Shown piece after piece: positions 29,568 to 37,259 of a stretch of DNA of 37,259 nt. The notes below the pieces were generated by a model. The model was not told the DNA's origin, made no database searches, and saw nothing but the letters and a program-made list of their open reading frames with translations. Each line of letters starts with the position of its first letter. Positions within the stretch are counted from its first letter, which is position 1. The position numbers and the translations under genes are program-made. Source of the stretch: an uncultured Bdellovibrionales bacterium (GTDB lineage Bacteria; Patescibacteriota; Minisyncoccia; Moranbacterales; UBA2206). Location: contig CAZEYB010000002.1 in assembly GCA_964516165.1 (NCBI GenBank), positions 1 through 37,259 on the forward strand, in the 5' to 3' direction.

Positions 29568-30662
29568 TCATCCAACTAAAATTTCCGCGATTTCTTCCGC
29601 GCATTTGTCCCAGCTGAATCGTTTCGCGTTTTCATACCCTCTTTCTCTCATATCATCTCTCAATTTTTTTTCGCTGATAATTTCATACGTCTTATCGGCT
29701 ATTTCTTCGGCATTATCGGGATTGACCAAAATGACAGAATTATTTTTCGCGATTTCCGGAATGGACGAATTATTCCCCGCCACCACCGGCACGCCGACGC
29801 TTTGCGCTTCCAAAACCGGCAAACCAAAACCTTCGTAAAACGTAGGAAATAAAAACACCTCCGCGTTTTTCAAAAGTTTCCATTTTTCTTCTTCGCTCAC
29901 AAAACCGGTTAAAACAATATCGCCGGGACAATTTATATTTTTTATTTCTTGGCGAATTTTCGCCTCGCCATAACCGAATTTTCCCGCCAAGACCAATTTA
30001 TGCGGAATTTCATAATGTTCTTTTAAAATTTCAAACGCCCTGGCAATTCCAATAATATTTTTCCTTTCTTCAAGGCGGCCAATAAATAGCAGATACTTGT
30101 CATTATTTATTTCACTGGATTCCGGATCAAGTCCGGAATGACAATTATCGCGACCTTCATAAATTACTTTAATTTTACCTTCCGGAACGCGGTAAAGTTT
30201 TATTAAATCCTTCTTTGTATTTTCCGATACCGCGATTATTTTTTTCGCCCAAAGGCACGAGAATTTTATAGACCAGCGCATATACAACTTCTCCCAAAGA
30301 GAATAAGCGAAAGGCAATATTTCATACTCCAGTCCATGAACAGTCACCAGCGTATTTTTGGGATGGATTAACGGAACAACATGGGACGGCACGAATAAAA
30401 CATCGGGCGGATGAAAAAACATTTCAAGCGATAATCCCACCTGCGTCCAAAGTTTTGGCATTCTTATCTTTTTAACTCTCCATTTTTCCGGAATTGTAAA
30501 ATTTTGATCACTGATCGCTGATCGCTGATCGCCGCGAATATATAAAATCACCCGATGCTCGGCCAATTTATCCGTCAGATGTTTTATAACTTGATATGAA
30601 TATTCTTCGATGCCCGTGCGCTCGGAAACAAAAGCGCGCGAGGCGTCAATGCCAATGATCAT
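29568..30662 (-). CDS. GT4 family glycosyltransferase
   Basis: FLFPTFYEGFGLPVLEAQSVGVPVVAGNNSSIPEI is the classic GT4 motif. Confidence 0.85.
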   Translation of the reverse strand: MIIGIDASRAFVSERTGIEEYSYQVIKHLTDKLAEHRVILYIRGDQRSAISDQNFTIPEKWRVKKIRMPKLWTQVGLSLEMFFHPPDVLFVPSHVVPLIHPKNTLVTVHGLEYEILPFAYSLWEKLYMRWSIKFSCLWAKKIIAVSENTKKDLIKLYRVPEGKIKVIYEGRDNCHSGLDPESSEINNDKYLLFIGRLEERKNIIGIARAFEILKEHYEIPHKLVLAGKFGYGEAKIRQEIKNINCPGDIVLTGFVSEEEKWKLLKNAEVFLFPTFYEGFGLPVLEAQSVGVPVVAGNNSSIPEIAKNNSVILVNPDNAEEIADKTYEIISEKKLRDDMRERGYENAKRFSWDKCAEEIAEILVG

Positions 30663-30669
30663 TTATAAT

Positions 30670-31677
30670 TTATTTAGAGAGCATTATCGTCCTTTTATAC
30701 GCCTCCAAATTATCCAGCGCTATCCCTATTCCCTTAATCACGCAGAAAAGAGCGTCGTCCGCCACATAGCTCGGAACGCCTATGGTTTTGGTAATAAGCT
30801 GGTCCAAATTTTTTATAAGCGATCCCCCGCCAGAAAGCACCATTCCCTTATCCATGATATCAGCAGCCAGTTCCGGCGAAGTTTCTTGAAGCACCTTTTT
30901 AATGACATTGATAATTTCCCGAAGTTCATCCTGAATGGCCTCCGTCACTTCATTGGAAGAAATTCTGATTGTTTTAGGCAACCCTCCGGTGAGATCCCGG
31001 CCTCTTATGTCCATATGCTCTTCTTTAACCTGCGGCATAGCCGAACCAATCTTGATTTTCACTTCTTCAGCGGTTCTTTCTCCAATGGCCAGGCTGTATT
31101 TCCTTTTTATGTAATCAGCGACAGCCTGATCGATTTTGTTGCCTCCCACCCGAGCGCTATGCGCCGCGACAATGCCATTGAGCGATATCACGGCAATCTC
31201 GGAAGTGCCGCCGCCAATATCGATTATCATATTGCCCGAAGCGTTGGCAATGGGAATGCCCGCCCCAATCGCCGCCAGCATGGGTTCCTTCACTACGTAA
31301 GTGGCTTTGGCTCCGGCTCTCATCGCCGCGTCTATAACCGCGCGCCGTTCAGTGGAGGTTATTCCCACGGGAATGGAAATCATGACTTCCGGCCGGAAGA
31401 AACGGAATCGTCCGCCGACCTTATTGATAAAATAGCGTATCATGGCTTCGGTAACCCTGTAATCGGCGATCACTCCGTCTTTTAAAGGACGGCTGGCGAC
31501 AATCGATTCGGGTGTCCGGCCTAACATTTCTTTGGCGTCGTTTCCAACCGCGAGAACTTTGTTTTCCAAAAGGGAAATGGCCACCACGCTCGGCTCGTTG
31601 GATACAACGCCTTTGCCCGGCACAAAAACCAAAGTATTAGCCGTGCCCAAATCTATTCCGATTTTTCTTACCAACAT
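30670..31677 (-). CDS. mreB: rod shape-determining actin homologue MreB
   Basis: IGIDLGTANTLVFVPGKGVVSNEPSVVA, DIGGGTSEIAVISL, VLSGGGSLIKNLD. Confidence 0.95.
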   Translation of the reverse strand: MLVRKIGIDLGTANTLVFVPGKGVVSNEPSVVAISLLENKVLAVGNDAKEMLGRTPESIVASRPLKDGVIADYRVTEAMIRYFINKVGGRFRFFRPEVMISIPVGITSTERRAVIDAAMRAGAKATYVVKEPMLAAIGAGIPIANASGNMIIDIGGGTSEIAVISLNGIVAAHSARVGGNKIDQAVADYIKRKYSLAIGERTAEEVKIKIGSAMPQVKEEHMDIRGRDLTGGLPKTIRISSNEVTEAIQDELREIINVIKKVLQETSPELAADIMDKGMVLSGGGSLIKNLDQLITKTIGVPSYVADDALFCVIKGIGIALDNLEAYKRTIMLSK

Positions 31678-31681
31678 ATGA

Positions 31682-32944
31682 TTATATCTTGAATCTTTTT
31701 ATATCCGCGCCTAACTTTCGCAACCTTTCTTCTATCTTTTCATATCCCCGGTCTACTTGATAAATATCTCTGATAACCGTTTTGCCCCGCGCCAGAAGCG
31801 CGGCGATAATCAAAGTCGCTCCCGATCGCAAATCAAAACTGGTGATAGTTTTTCCTGAAAGTTTTGTCGGTCCTGAAATTATCGCTCGGTGCGGATCAAG
31901 AATTTTAGCTTCTGCTCCCATTTTTTGCAGTTCTCCGATATAGTTAAACCGTCCTTCAAAAATTGTATCAAAAATCAGCGTTTCGCCTTTGGCTTGCGTC
32001 GCTAGCACGCCAAAAGGCGCCTGGACATCCGAAGGAACTCCGGGATAGGTTCTGGTATCTACTTTAGAAACGGCTTTAAGTTTTTTAGCCGGAATAACCT
32101 GAATTGAATTTTTTGAAATCTTAAAATCCGCCCCGAACTCCCGGAGCTTTTCCAAAACCAAATCCAAATGTTCTTCCCGCGCGTTTTTTACGATAATCGG
32201 ACTGCCGGTAGCCACGCCCATAATAAGAAACGTGGCCGCTTCATTGGCGTCTGGAATAATCCCATGCGCCGTTCCGCGTAATTTCCGGCTACCGGTTATT
32301 TCCAAGGAGTGCGTTCCCAGTCCTTTAATTTTCGCTCCCATGGAAACCAAAAATTTTCCCAAATCGCAAACATGCGGTTCGCAAGCGCAAATTTTTATCG
32401 TTGTTTTTCCAGCCGTTCCGGCCGCCAGCATCATCGCGTTTTCCGTGGCTGTCACTGAAAGTTCTCGCAGGACTACTTTCGCGGATTTTCTTTTTTTGGC
32501 GTTTATATTATAGAATTTTTCGTTTTGTGAAATTTCAATTCCCATTTCGCGCATTGCTTCAAAATGAGTGCCAAGCGGACGTTTGCCAATCACACAACCC
32601 CCCGGATGATAAAGTTTAAAATTATCAAACCGAGCGGACAGCGATCCTAAAAGTAAAATGGAAGAACGCAATTTTCTCACTTTTTCATAATCCATTTTTA
32701 ACGGATTTATATCTTCATTTCTAACGGAAACCGCCCTTTTTCCCAGCCATTTTATTTTCGCTCCCATACTTTCCAAAATTTCAATCATCCGAAAAACATC
32801 TTCGATCAAAGGAAGATTATCCAAAATACATTCTTTTTTTGTGAGAATTGTCGCGGCTAAAATTGGCGTCGCGGCATTCTTGGATCCCCTCGCCTCAATT
32901 TCGCCCTTTAATTTTTTACCGCCGTTTATTTCAAAATATCCCAT
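31682..32944 (-). CDS. murA: UDP-N-acetylglucosamine 1-carboxyvinyltransferase
   Basis: GEIEARGSKNAATPILAATIL. The active-site Cys context is YHPGGCVIGKRPLGTHF, followed by RSGATLIIAALLARG. I place the start at MGYFEINGG (ATG 32944). Confidence 0.9.
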   Translation of the reverse strand: MGYFEINGGKKLKGEIEARGSKNAATPILAATILTKKECILDNLPLIEDVFRMIEILESMGAKIKWLGKRAVSVRNEDINPLKMDYEKVRKLRSSILLLGSLSARFDNFKLYHPGGCVIGKRPLGTHFEAMREMGIEISQNEKFYNINAKKRKSAKVVLRELSVTATENAMMLAAGTAGKTTIKICACEPHVCDLGKFLVSMGAKIKGLGTHSLEITGSRKLRGTAHGIIPDANEAATFLIMGVATGSPIIVKNAREEHLDLVLEKLREFGADFKISKNSIQVIPAKKLKAVSKVDTRTYPGVPSDVQAPFGVLATQAKGETLIFDTIFEGRFNYIGELQKMGAEAKILDPHRAIISGPTKLSGKTITSFDLRSGATLIIAALLARGKTVIRDIYQVDRGYEKIEERLRKLGADIKRFKI

Positions 32945-32972
32945 CTCAACGCGTAAATTAAAAATTCTTTTA

Positions 32973-34157
32973 TCAAAAATAATCATCATATCCTTTCGCC
33001 CAGCTCACGACGGAATTGGCATAGTTCTTACATACTGCCCTCTCTAATCGGCTTCCACAATAATATATCGCCGCCGCTTTATATTCTCCGCTTTTACTGC
33101 CGGCGCCCGCCGCCTTTAGTTTCAACGCCATTCCGATTATTCCATCTTCCAGATCCCACGGATCCGCCGGGCTATTTCCGGTTATTGACGATATTTTGGA
33201 TTTATAGCCAACCCAGGTCGTCGGCATAAACTGCGCCACGCCCATCGCCCCGCCGATTCCATAACTTAGCGGGCAGGAAACTTTCATTTTTCTATAATCA
33301 TACCCGAGCTCATCGCAAACACTTTTAAAAATTTTTTCGTTCGCGCTGCCCATCTTGCTGTTTTTATAAGTGCATCCGCCAGTAAATCTTCCCAAATCCG
33401 TTTCCTTATCCAAAACGGCAAATAGAAATTCCTTCCTCACGCCGGTTTTTTTTTCGGCGGATTTTACCGCGTCAATGACATCATCCAGGCTGAACGATTC
33501 GCCCAAAAAACTGGAAAGCATGCTTCTTAATTTATTCATCTTGGCCTGCAGTTGGGCGATGGTTAATTTTGTTTCATTTATATCCGCCACTATCCCGCTT
33601 TTTTCCGATTGCTTGATTTCCAAAAGTTTTTGGTGATCTTCTTTTTTTTCCGCCAATTCTTCTTTTGTATCTTCAATCGCTTCCTGGCCCGCTTTTATTT
33701 CCTTGATGACACCCAGTAATTTTTCTTTCGCGCTTAACATTCCGTCAAAATTTTCAAAATAATCATTGAATTTTTTGTCGCTTAAAATCAAAATCCAATC
33801 CGCTTCCTGATCGTTGTAATACATTTCCCGGGCGTAAGCGATCATAATTTTTTTATTCAATTCCATCCGGTTTTTTAAATTTTTCAATTCCGCTTCCTGG
33901 CGCGAAATTTCCGTTTCGGTTTTGTCTAAAAGACCGGTTGTCGTATTGATTTGGCCTTGAGTGACGGAAAGATTGGATTGGCTCTGCTGAAGTTCTTTTT
34001 CCTCTTTCTCTATTTGCGCTTGAGTTTTGTTTAATGATTTCCTGATATCCTCTTCGTCTTCCGCTCTGGCGGAAAAAGAGACAACATAAAAACTGGCCGT
34101 TAAAAAAACAACCAACCATAAAACTATCACTTTTTTTCTTAAATTAAACATCTTCAC
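32973..34157 (-). CDS. secreted coiled-coil protein with C-terminal lytic transglycosylase (SLT_2/MltB-like) domain
   Basis: Signal/TM segment VIVLWLVVFLTASFYVV, about 200 aa of heptad-rich coiled coil, then GIGGAMGVAQFMPTTWVGY and AAAIYYCG, typical of SLT-type muramidases. Confidence 0.7.
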   Translation of the reverse strand: MKMFNLRKKVIVLWLVVFLTASFYVVSFSARAEDEEDIRKSLNKTQAQIEKEEKELQQSQSNLSVTQGQINTTTGLLDKTETEISRQEAELKNLKNRMELNKKIMIAYAREMYYNDQEADWILILSDKKFNDYFENFDGMLSAKEKLLGVIKEIKAGQEAIEDTKEELAEKKEDHQKLLEIKQSEKSGIVADINETKLTIAQLQAKMNKLRSMLSSFLGESFSLDDVIDAVKSAEKKTGVRKEFLFAVLDKETDLGRFTGGCTYKNSKMGSANEKIFKSVCDELGYDYRKMKVSCPLSYGIGGAMGVAQFMPTTWVGYKSKISSITGNSPADPWDLEDGIIGMALKLKAAGAGSKSGEYKAAAIYYCGSRLERAVCKNYANSVVSWAKGYDDYF

Positions 34158-34809
34158 TCGTCACTTCGCTTGCCGGCTCTTCTTTGACTACTCCTTCAAC
34201 TTTAGTAACATCTTCCTCCACTTTTTCGGAAAGACCGGCCAATTCTTCTTCGGAGCGGGGAGGAGCCACCAACGCCACCACTGTTTCCGGAATAAGATCA
34301 ACCTTGATTTTAGACGGTATATTCAAGTCCTTTATGCAAACACGATCGTCAAAAGTTTTAAGGCCGGACACATCCACCTTGATTTCCGAAGGCAAATCGG
34401 CGGGGAGGCATTTCACGGTTATCCTGTCCATGTTTTTTACCAGCACTCCGCCCATTTCCTTAACTGCCGGAGCGTCTCCCGTATAAATCAGCTCGACTTC
34501 CATTTCGATTTTCTCGTCCATCCTGACCTGGAAAAAATCCGCGTGGATAAATTTGCCGCTTACCGGATCTCTTTGAGTCTCGTAAATAATTACGTTCTCA
34601 TCGTCTTTATTGTCAATTTTTAAATCTATCACGGTGCTCTCTCCGGACTTTTTAATCAGATTGATAAAATCCAGCGCCTTAATCCAGAGGCTTTTCGCCT
34701 TAATTCCCCGACCGTAAACCACGGCTGGAATCAAGCCTTCTTTTCTCCCCTTTTTTGTCTTCCGGCCGAAAATTTCTCTTGTTTCGGCGGCCAGTTTTAC
34801 TTTTTCCAT
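34144..34809 (-). CDS. rplY: 50S ribosomal protein L25/Ctc (long form)
   Basis: LAAETREIFGRKTKKGRKEGLIPAVVYGRG..., a two-domain length (221 aa) and an acidic C-terminal tail. Confidence 0.85.
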   Translation of the reverse strand: MEKVKLAAETREIFGRKTKKGRKEGLIPAVVYGRGIKAKSLWIKALDFINLIKKSGESTVIDLKIDNKDDENVIIYETQRDPVSGKFIHADFFQVRMDEKIEMEVELIYTGDAPAVKEMGGVLVKNMDRITVKCLPADLPSEIKVDVSGLKTFDDRVCIKDLNIPSKIKVDLIPETVVALVAPPRSEEELAGLSEKVEEDVTKVEGVVKEEPASEVTSEDV

Positions 34810-34866
34810 AATAGTAAAGGATAATTAATAGAATTTTAGCACAATTTCAGCATTAGTCAATTTCAA

Positions 34867-35952
34867 TCAGGTTTTTATTCTTCTTATATAAATGCTCTGA
34901 ATTAGGCCTATGGCCAAGAGCGTAGTCACTAAAAAACTTCCTCCATAGCTTAAAAACGGCAAAGGCACTCCGGCCACCGGCATGACACCCGTATTCATGC
35001 CCACATTGATAAGCAAATGAAAAAATATCATAGCCATAATGCCTATCGTCAAAAGATAGCCGAAATTATCTCGGGCGAGCCGGGCAGCTTCCTTGATTCT
35101 CCAAAAAATTACCCCGAAAAGAATAAAAATCGCCGCCACGCCGAGAAAACCCAGCTCTTCGGCAATCACCGCGAAGATAAAATCCGTATGTTTTTCCGGC
35201 AAAAAATTAAGCTGCGATTGCGACCCATGGCCCAATCCTTTACCAACCAGCTTTCCCGATCCCACCGCCACTACCGATTGAATCACATTATAACCGCTGC
35301 CTTTCGGATCGCGGCCGGGACTCACAAAATTGACGATTCTTTCCTTTTGATAATTTTCAAGAAAAAGCCAGCTGGAAAAAGCGCTTAAGCTTAAAACGGC
35401 AATCAATATCAGGAAATTTTTTTTATTCAGGCCCGAATAGGAAAGAAGGACCGTCCAAATTCCCACTATAATTGAAGCCGAGCCGAAATCCGGCTGTTTT
35501 AAGATTAAAGAAACAGGCAGAAAAACAAGCACGATAGATGAAATTATCCTGACTAAAATGCTAAGTTGAGTTTTCTTTTTGCTAAGAAAACTGGCTAAAA
35601 ATATAATCAGAATGAGTTTTGAAATTTCAACCGGCTGCATTCTTAAAGATAAAAACCCCAGCCACCCGGTCGTGCCCCGAACGTTAACGCCAAAAATAAT
35701 AACCGCTATTAAAAGAATCAGCGCGATAAAATATAATCTTGTGCTCCAAGAATTAAATACGCGGTAATCGAAAAAAGATAAAAACAGCATGGCCGAAAGC
35801 CCGATAATCAACGAGATGATTTGTTTTGCCAAATAAGAACCGCTGAAAACCGAGCCCTCGTAGGAAATGCTGTAAAGGGCCAAAAGGCCGATAGATAAAA
35901 GCAAAACAACCGAGATCATCAAGATCCAATCCAGTTTAAGCAATTTGCTCAT
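34867..35952 (-). CDS. rodA: SEDS family peptidoglycan polymerase (FtsW/RodA/SpoVE); probably RodA given the mreB neighbourhood
   Basis: LQPVEISKL, QPDFGSA, LPEKHTDFIFAVIAEELGFLG, GVPLPFLSYGGS. Confidence 0.85.
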   Translation of the reverse strand: MSKLLKLDWILMISVVLLLSIGLLALYSISYEGSVFSGSYLAKQIISLIIGLSAMLFLSFFDYRVFNSWSTRLYFIALILLIAVIIFGVNVRGTTGWLGFLSLRMQPVEISKLILIIFLASFLSKKKTQLSILVRIISSIVLVFLPVSLILKQPDFGSASIIVGIWTVLLSYSGLNKKNFLILIAVLSLSAFSSWLFLENYQKERIVNFVSPGRDPKGSGYNVIQSVVAVGSGKLVGKGLGHGSQSQLNFLPEKHTDFIFAVIAEELGFLGVAAIFILFGVIFWRIKEAARLARDNFGYLLTIGIMAMIFFHLLINVGMNTGVMPVAGVPLPFLSYGGSFLVTTLLAIGLIQSIYIRRIKT

Positions 35953-36774
35953 TTAATACTCCTGAAATTTATGCGCTTGGTAAAATCTTTTGAAAAAAGC
36001 GTCCGAATTGAACACATTCACTTCGGCTTGAACTTCCATATTGCTGACAATTCCGGAAAAGCGATTAGGCCAAGAAATTTTAAAATCTCTTTCTTCCCCG
36101 GCCTTAACTGTTTTCATTTGAGTCGAATTGAGCGCCAAAATCCGGCCATTTTCATCTTCCAGTATTATTTGAATCTTTATAAGATCGAAATCGAAAGGAC
36201 TATTATTTTTTAAAAGCCCCTTGGCTTCCGAAAAACCGACGCCGCCGGAAATTTCGCTGTAATTTTTATTCACGATCTTAATATCCGGTTTTTTGTAATA
36301 ATCATTAAACTGAACCCAGTCGGAATCTTTAATTTTAATGTCCGCCGAAGCGGGAGCGCTGGACGCGTCAATATTGTTTTCAATGAGGTACTTTCTTTCG
36401 CCGGGCAAAATAAAACCCGCGTTTTCCTTGGAAGCGAGGATGCCTCCCGACGAATCTTTGAAATCCATCCGGTAATTAAATTTTCCGTTTCCGAAAATGG
36501 CGTTGGGATTAAAAACTCGGGCGTAAAAATCATATTTTCCGGCGATTCCCGAGGGCGCGAAGCCGACTTTTTCCACTATAAGATTTTGGGCTTCTATCTT
36601 ATCGCACCCCTTTTCGCATATTCCTCCGCAATCCGCGTCTTCTTCGTTCTGGTTTTTGATGTTGTCAAAACAAGTTTCCTTTTCCTTGAACAGGGAATAA
36701 GCGCCAAAAACAATAAGAACCAATATGACTATGTATACAAGAATAATGAAAGCTCTTTTAGATCGCGTTTCCAT
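35953..36774 (-). CDS. hypothetical membrane-anchored protein with a Cys-rich segment
   Basis: 273-aa ORF abutting rodA. TM helix AFIILVYIVILVLIVFGAY, then CFDNIKNQNEEDADCGGICEKGCDKI. No function recognised. Confidence 0.55.
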   Translation of the reverse strand: METRSKRAFIILVYIVILVLIVFGAYSLFKEKETCFDNIKNQNEEDADCGGICEKGCDKIEAQNLIVEKVGFAPSGIAGKYDFYARVFNPNAIFGNGKFNYRMDFKDSSGGILASKENAGFILPGERKYLIENNIDASSAPASADIKIKDSDWVQFNDYYKKPDIKIVNKNYSEISGGVGFSEAKGLLKNNSPFDFDLIKIQIILEDENGRILALNSTQMKTVKAGEERDFKISWPNRFSGIVSNMEVQAEVNVFNSDAFFKRFYQAHKFQEY

Positions 36775-36837
36775 AAAGACATTTTAGCATACTCCGCCAA
36801 AATAAAAAAGAACATTATTCGGCTTAAAAACATAATT

Positions 36838-36951
36838 CTTGGCACTGTCCTACTTTCTCCCGGATTAAACCAGAATATCATCGGCGCTGAAGTGCTTAAC
36901 GGCCGAGTTCGGAATGGGATCGGGTGTCGCCACTTCGCCAAAAGCACCAAG
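36838..36951 (-). rRNA. rrf: 5S ribosomal RNA
   Basis: The minus strand reads CUUGGUGCUUUUGGCGAAGUGGCGACACCCGAUCCCAUUCCGAACUCGGCCGUUAAGCACUUCAGCGCCGAUGAUA...GGGAGAAAGUAGGACAGUGCCAAG. The conserved CCGAACUC and GCGCCGAUG(A/G)UA blocks are present, and helix I closes CUUGGUGCU/AGUGCCAAG. Confidence 0.9.
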
Positions 36952-37084
36952 AATTATATATTCAAGGATAAATGTTCTATTTTTTTAGTTGTTGCTGACT
37001 GCTAACTTTACCCTATTGAATAAAATTTTGCCTCCGGCAAAATTTAATTTTTCCGAAGGAAAAACTATTCAACAGGATGAATAA

Positions 37085-37259
37085 GAGAGATAATGTTCGA
37101 TTTATTAGTATCTCTTGGCTTAACGGATCGCTCCGCTTCCACCTAAGACCTATCCAGCTGGTAATCTTCCAGCAAATCGTCTCGCGTCGCTTGCGCGGCG
37201 CAAGAATTGCCTAATCTTGAGGTGGGCTTCCCGCTTATATGCTTTCAGCGGTTATCCCG
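37085..37259 (-). rRNA. rrl: 23S ribosomal RNA, 3'-terminal ~175 nt (partial; continues beyond the window)
   Basis: The minus strand reads GGGAUAACCGCUGAAAGCAUAUAAGCGGGAAGCC...GAUAGGUCUUAGGUGGAAGCGGAGCGAUCCGUUAAGCCAAGAGAUACUAAUAAAUCG. This parallels E. coli domain VI, GAUAAGUGCUGAAAGCAUCUAAGCACGAAAC...GAUAGGCCGGGUGUGUAAGCGCAGCGAUGCGUUGAGCUAACCGGUACUAAUGAACCG. The exact 3' end is estimated. Confidence 0.9.

Noticed and set aside
30610-31485. A 291-aa ORF lies antisense to mreB.
   Set aside because: It is a shadow ORF on the opposite strand of a strongly conserved gene. Its composition is low-complexity and Arg/Ser/His-rich, with no motif. The same reasoning applies to 15817-16440, 15878-16093 and 15984-16235 (over the hydrolase), 17777-18316, 18037-18342 and 19171-19551 (over the ATPase), 20552-21223 and 21941-22258 (over the large repeat protein), 28332-28757, 26130-26513 and other listed overlaps.
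36586-37005. ORFs of 139 aa (+) and 73 aa (-, 36729-36950) lie at the right end of the window.
   Set aside because: Both overlap the 5S rRNA gene and the rRNA spacer, so they are not coding.
36952-37084. Hairpins in the 23S-5S spacer (AAATTTTGCC-TCC-GGCAAAATTT and TTTTCC-GAA-GGAAAA) were considered as a possible novel element.
   Set aside because: Their position and the flanking complementarity (CCTATTGAATA / TATTCAACAGG) fit ordinary rRNA processing stems. There is nothing beyond that.
1-37259. I considered an alternative genetic code (UGA recoding, as in some CPR lineages).
   Set aside because: All conserved genes (ileS, mreB, murA, holB, rodA) translate full length with the standard code and without in-frame UGA.

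Overview
The window reads as a chromosomal segment of a small-genome, low-GC bacterium of the Candidate Phyla Radiation/Patescibacteria type. That assignment is inferred from gene content: type-2 IleRS, several small CPR-style hypothetical proteins, compact cell-wall genes and short intergenic regions. It uses the standard genetic code.

Gene order, left to right:
- A truncated phosphodiesterase-like gene, then about 375 nt of ORF-free, hairpin-dense sequence, then a decayed Bro-N gene.
- An AT-rich block carrying a GNAT and an unusual SAH-hydrolase-like/Nudix fusion.
- ileS with a T-box leader, an MtaD/DadD-like deaminase, an AdoMet-decarboxylase/spermidine-synthase fusion and an orphan AbrB-type gene.
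- A SAM methyltransferase, a MazG-like protein, a radical SAM enzyme and tRNA-Glu(CUC).
- Two membrane proteins.
- A 1.46-kb segment (alpha/beta hydrolase plus TrpR/YerC-like regulator) bracketed by 65-nt direct repeats that duplicate the 3' end of a TraD/VirD4-like ATPase gene.
- The four-gene ATPase operon itself.
- Two GT39/83-type and two GT4 glycosyltransferases, then a conserved core of ftsQ, holB, mreB, murA, an SLT-domain protein, rplY and rodA/ftsW.
- 5S rRNA and the 3' end of 23S rRNA.

I saw no CRISPR array, transposase, integrase or reverse transcriptase.

The items most worth follow-up are:
- the repeat-bracketed insertion into the ATPase gene;
- the orphan coupling-protein-like operon;
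- the SAHH-like/Nudix fusion inside a neighbourhood of genes that use SAM or handle its by-products;
- a local repeat family showing one compensatory stem change;
- the strand-asymmetric structured noncoding segment at 525-900.

Every function call rests on motif recognition by eye. No database search was possible.
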